A stretch of DNA of 52,138 nt, the filler included, from Basidiobolus ranarum (Eukaryota), in NCBI GenBank assembly GCA_040143965.1. It is 2 parts of 2 records of this genome, joined end to end, with 100 filler letters (N's around TTAATTAATTAA, not from the genome) between each part and the next. Parts side by side here need not be neighbours in the genome. Positions count along the whole stretch, not along the records: positions 26,124 to 52,138 come from JASJQH010000137.1; 1 more part is not named here. One strand, written 5' to 3'. This document shows positions 50,523 through 52,138 of the stretch, one piece after another; position 1 is the first letter of the stretch, and each line of letters starts with the position of its first letter. The position numbers and the translations under genes were made by a program. The notes below the pieces were generated by a model. That model saw nothing but the letters and a program-made list of their open reading frames with translations. It had not been told where the DNA came from and did no database searches.

Positions 50523-52062
50523 TTAGAGATATCGTAATTGAGCGGATGTGAATACTGGGGGTATCCATTTAAGAGCTGTTGGATCAATCTTTCGACGTCT
50601 TTTCTGGTTACTTCGCTCGTACTGCTCGATGACCTTATTGCTTAAACATATGATGTGTTGCCCGCGATAATATTTAAGTGCATCAATTGTTTGCAATGTA
50701 TGCAGGATATCTTGAACTGTGATTCCTGTAGCATGGGAGAGCTCCTCCAAAGTAACTTCCCCTCGAAAATCAATAAGCTTCTCAACAATGGTTTCTGCCC
50801 AGTAAGCACGATAACTCAAAAGACCAAGGTCGGAAAGTGGCTTTTCTGGAGAGCCAATTCTTCCCTCGATCTTTGAGAGTTCGTAGGAAAAAGCAATAAG
50901 TAATTTGCCATATCCCATACGCTGGTACTGAGGCAATGTTAAGATACATGCTAGGTTATATCCCTCCAGCGACTCTTTTTCTTTTGAAAAATATCCAAGA
51001 GCATGAGCACCATATTCATCGTTTTTAGTCATGATGTAAAACAAGAAAGGGTCGACATCATAGTATAGTGTTTTGTGATCAAGAAACATTTTGGAGAGAA
51101 GCGATAGATTTCGACAATAAGTGCGCTGCTTGCGTCCGTCGATTTCAAAGAAAGATATATCTTCATGTCGGTAGATTTCATTGCCAGGGGGATGAAGGAG
51201 AGTGCATTTGGCACGATGACGCGCAAACGACTTGGATGAAAGAAAGTATGAGAGACAAAACTCACAAATATATATCAACTCTGCATGGGCAAATTCCTCT
51301 GGATATGGTGAGAAATACCATGCTTCTATCTCGTGTATTCCCATTTGAATCTTATTCAAATTCTTGACGCGTGAAATTTCATTGACGCACTGAGTCATAG
51401 ACCCAGACGTTCTAAGCTTTTCTATCTCTTTTTCTTTAGAGAATGTATCTACTATCTTTCCTTTTTGCTCGTCGTTCTCATCATCTACGTGGTCTACATC
51501 CTCATTCAGCTTATCATTGATATTCGCAGGAGAAGATACAGGGCTATCAAATAATGAGTTATCAAAGTAATTTTCCCTTCTTGGGGTCAGCTTTCCTTCG
51601 CGATCTCTGAGAGGAGTTAACTTTGAAACTCGGCGTTGTTTCTTTGAGGAATCTAATCCACCGAGTAAATGTTTTCCTCTCCGTTGTTTAGGATATTCTA
51701 CCTCTTTTTCGAGATTGAGACGATATGCTGGAACCCATTCATCAAGTCTCTTGTTGAATTCGCAATAATGAACATAATACTCGGTTTTCGAATGATCTAG
51801 AGCCTCTCGAACGGATAATATCTCTGCTTTGCGATACTGTACATCGGTAGGCCCCATTTGCTTCTCAACAAATACTTTACAACCTATAACGATCTTCATG
51901 TACGCATTCGATCTGTCTCCTGGCTTATCACCAAGATCGCCTGCTTTCGGCCTAGAATTATGAAGTGTTGAATAAGCATGCACGTGCATATGTAGAAAAA
52001 GAGGATATTTAGTCCTGAAATGAAGAACTTAAAAGTTACACTTACGTTAGAACACTATTCAT
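50523..52062 (-). CDS. ESA1: MYST histone acetyltransferase Esa1/Tip60 (2 exons: 52062-52046 and 51951-50523)
   Basis: Chromo-barrel YYVHYCEFNKRLDEWV, LRTSGSMT, WYFSPYP, C2HC finger, FLDHKTLYYDV, NLACILTLPQYQRMGYG, SPEKPLSDLG. A short first exon MNSVLT splices in frame via a GTAAGT...CTAG intron (52045-51952). Confidence 0.95.
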
Positions 52063-52138
52063 AGAGTGGCTAAGTTTAAAAGGTGATTAGATAACTGCAA
52101 TGCATGCAAAATATGTTCAACTAAACCAAGTAGTCGAA

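Noticed and set aside
51900-51989. ESA1 start at 51989 (MHVHAYS...) as in the ORF track
   Set aside because: This stretch lies mostly in a canonical intron (52045-51952); the in-frame upstream exon starting at 52062 is the more plausible start.

Overview
Eukaryotic, AT-rich genomic DNA with many short GT-AG introns (~45-100 nt). Gene content and style point to a fungus, probably an early-diverging lineage (inference only). An artificial 100-nt spacer (44 N + TTAATTAATTAA + 44 N, 26024-26123) splits the window, so adjacency across it is unproven. The left part is gene-poor and relic-rich. It holds a decayed viral/cytoplasmic-plasmid-type mRNA capping enzyme fragment (~1.67-1.99 kb, missed by the ORF track), an orphan 330-aa ORF with a decayed local duplicate, two intronless F-box + SUKH (SMI1/KNR4) paralogs on either side of the dynamin VPS1, a Yck-type casein kinase 1 and a C2H2 transcription factor. 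The right part is a dense housekeeping block: INPP5E-like 5-phosphatase with CaaX, EAF1, a La-family protein with a degenerate UUU-3'OH pocket, CUS2/Tat-SF1, 14-3-3, a spliced pseudogene, a third F-box gene, an RRT8/EI24-like membrane protein, NUP84/NUP107 and ESA1. The best leads are the capping-enzyme fossil, the F-box-SUKH pair and the altered La motif. All calls come from manual translation and motif recognition; no searches were run.
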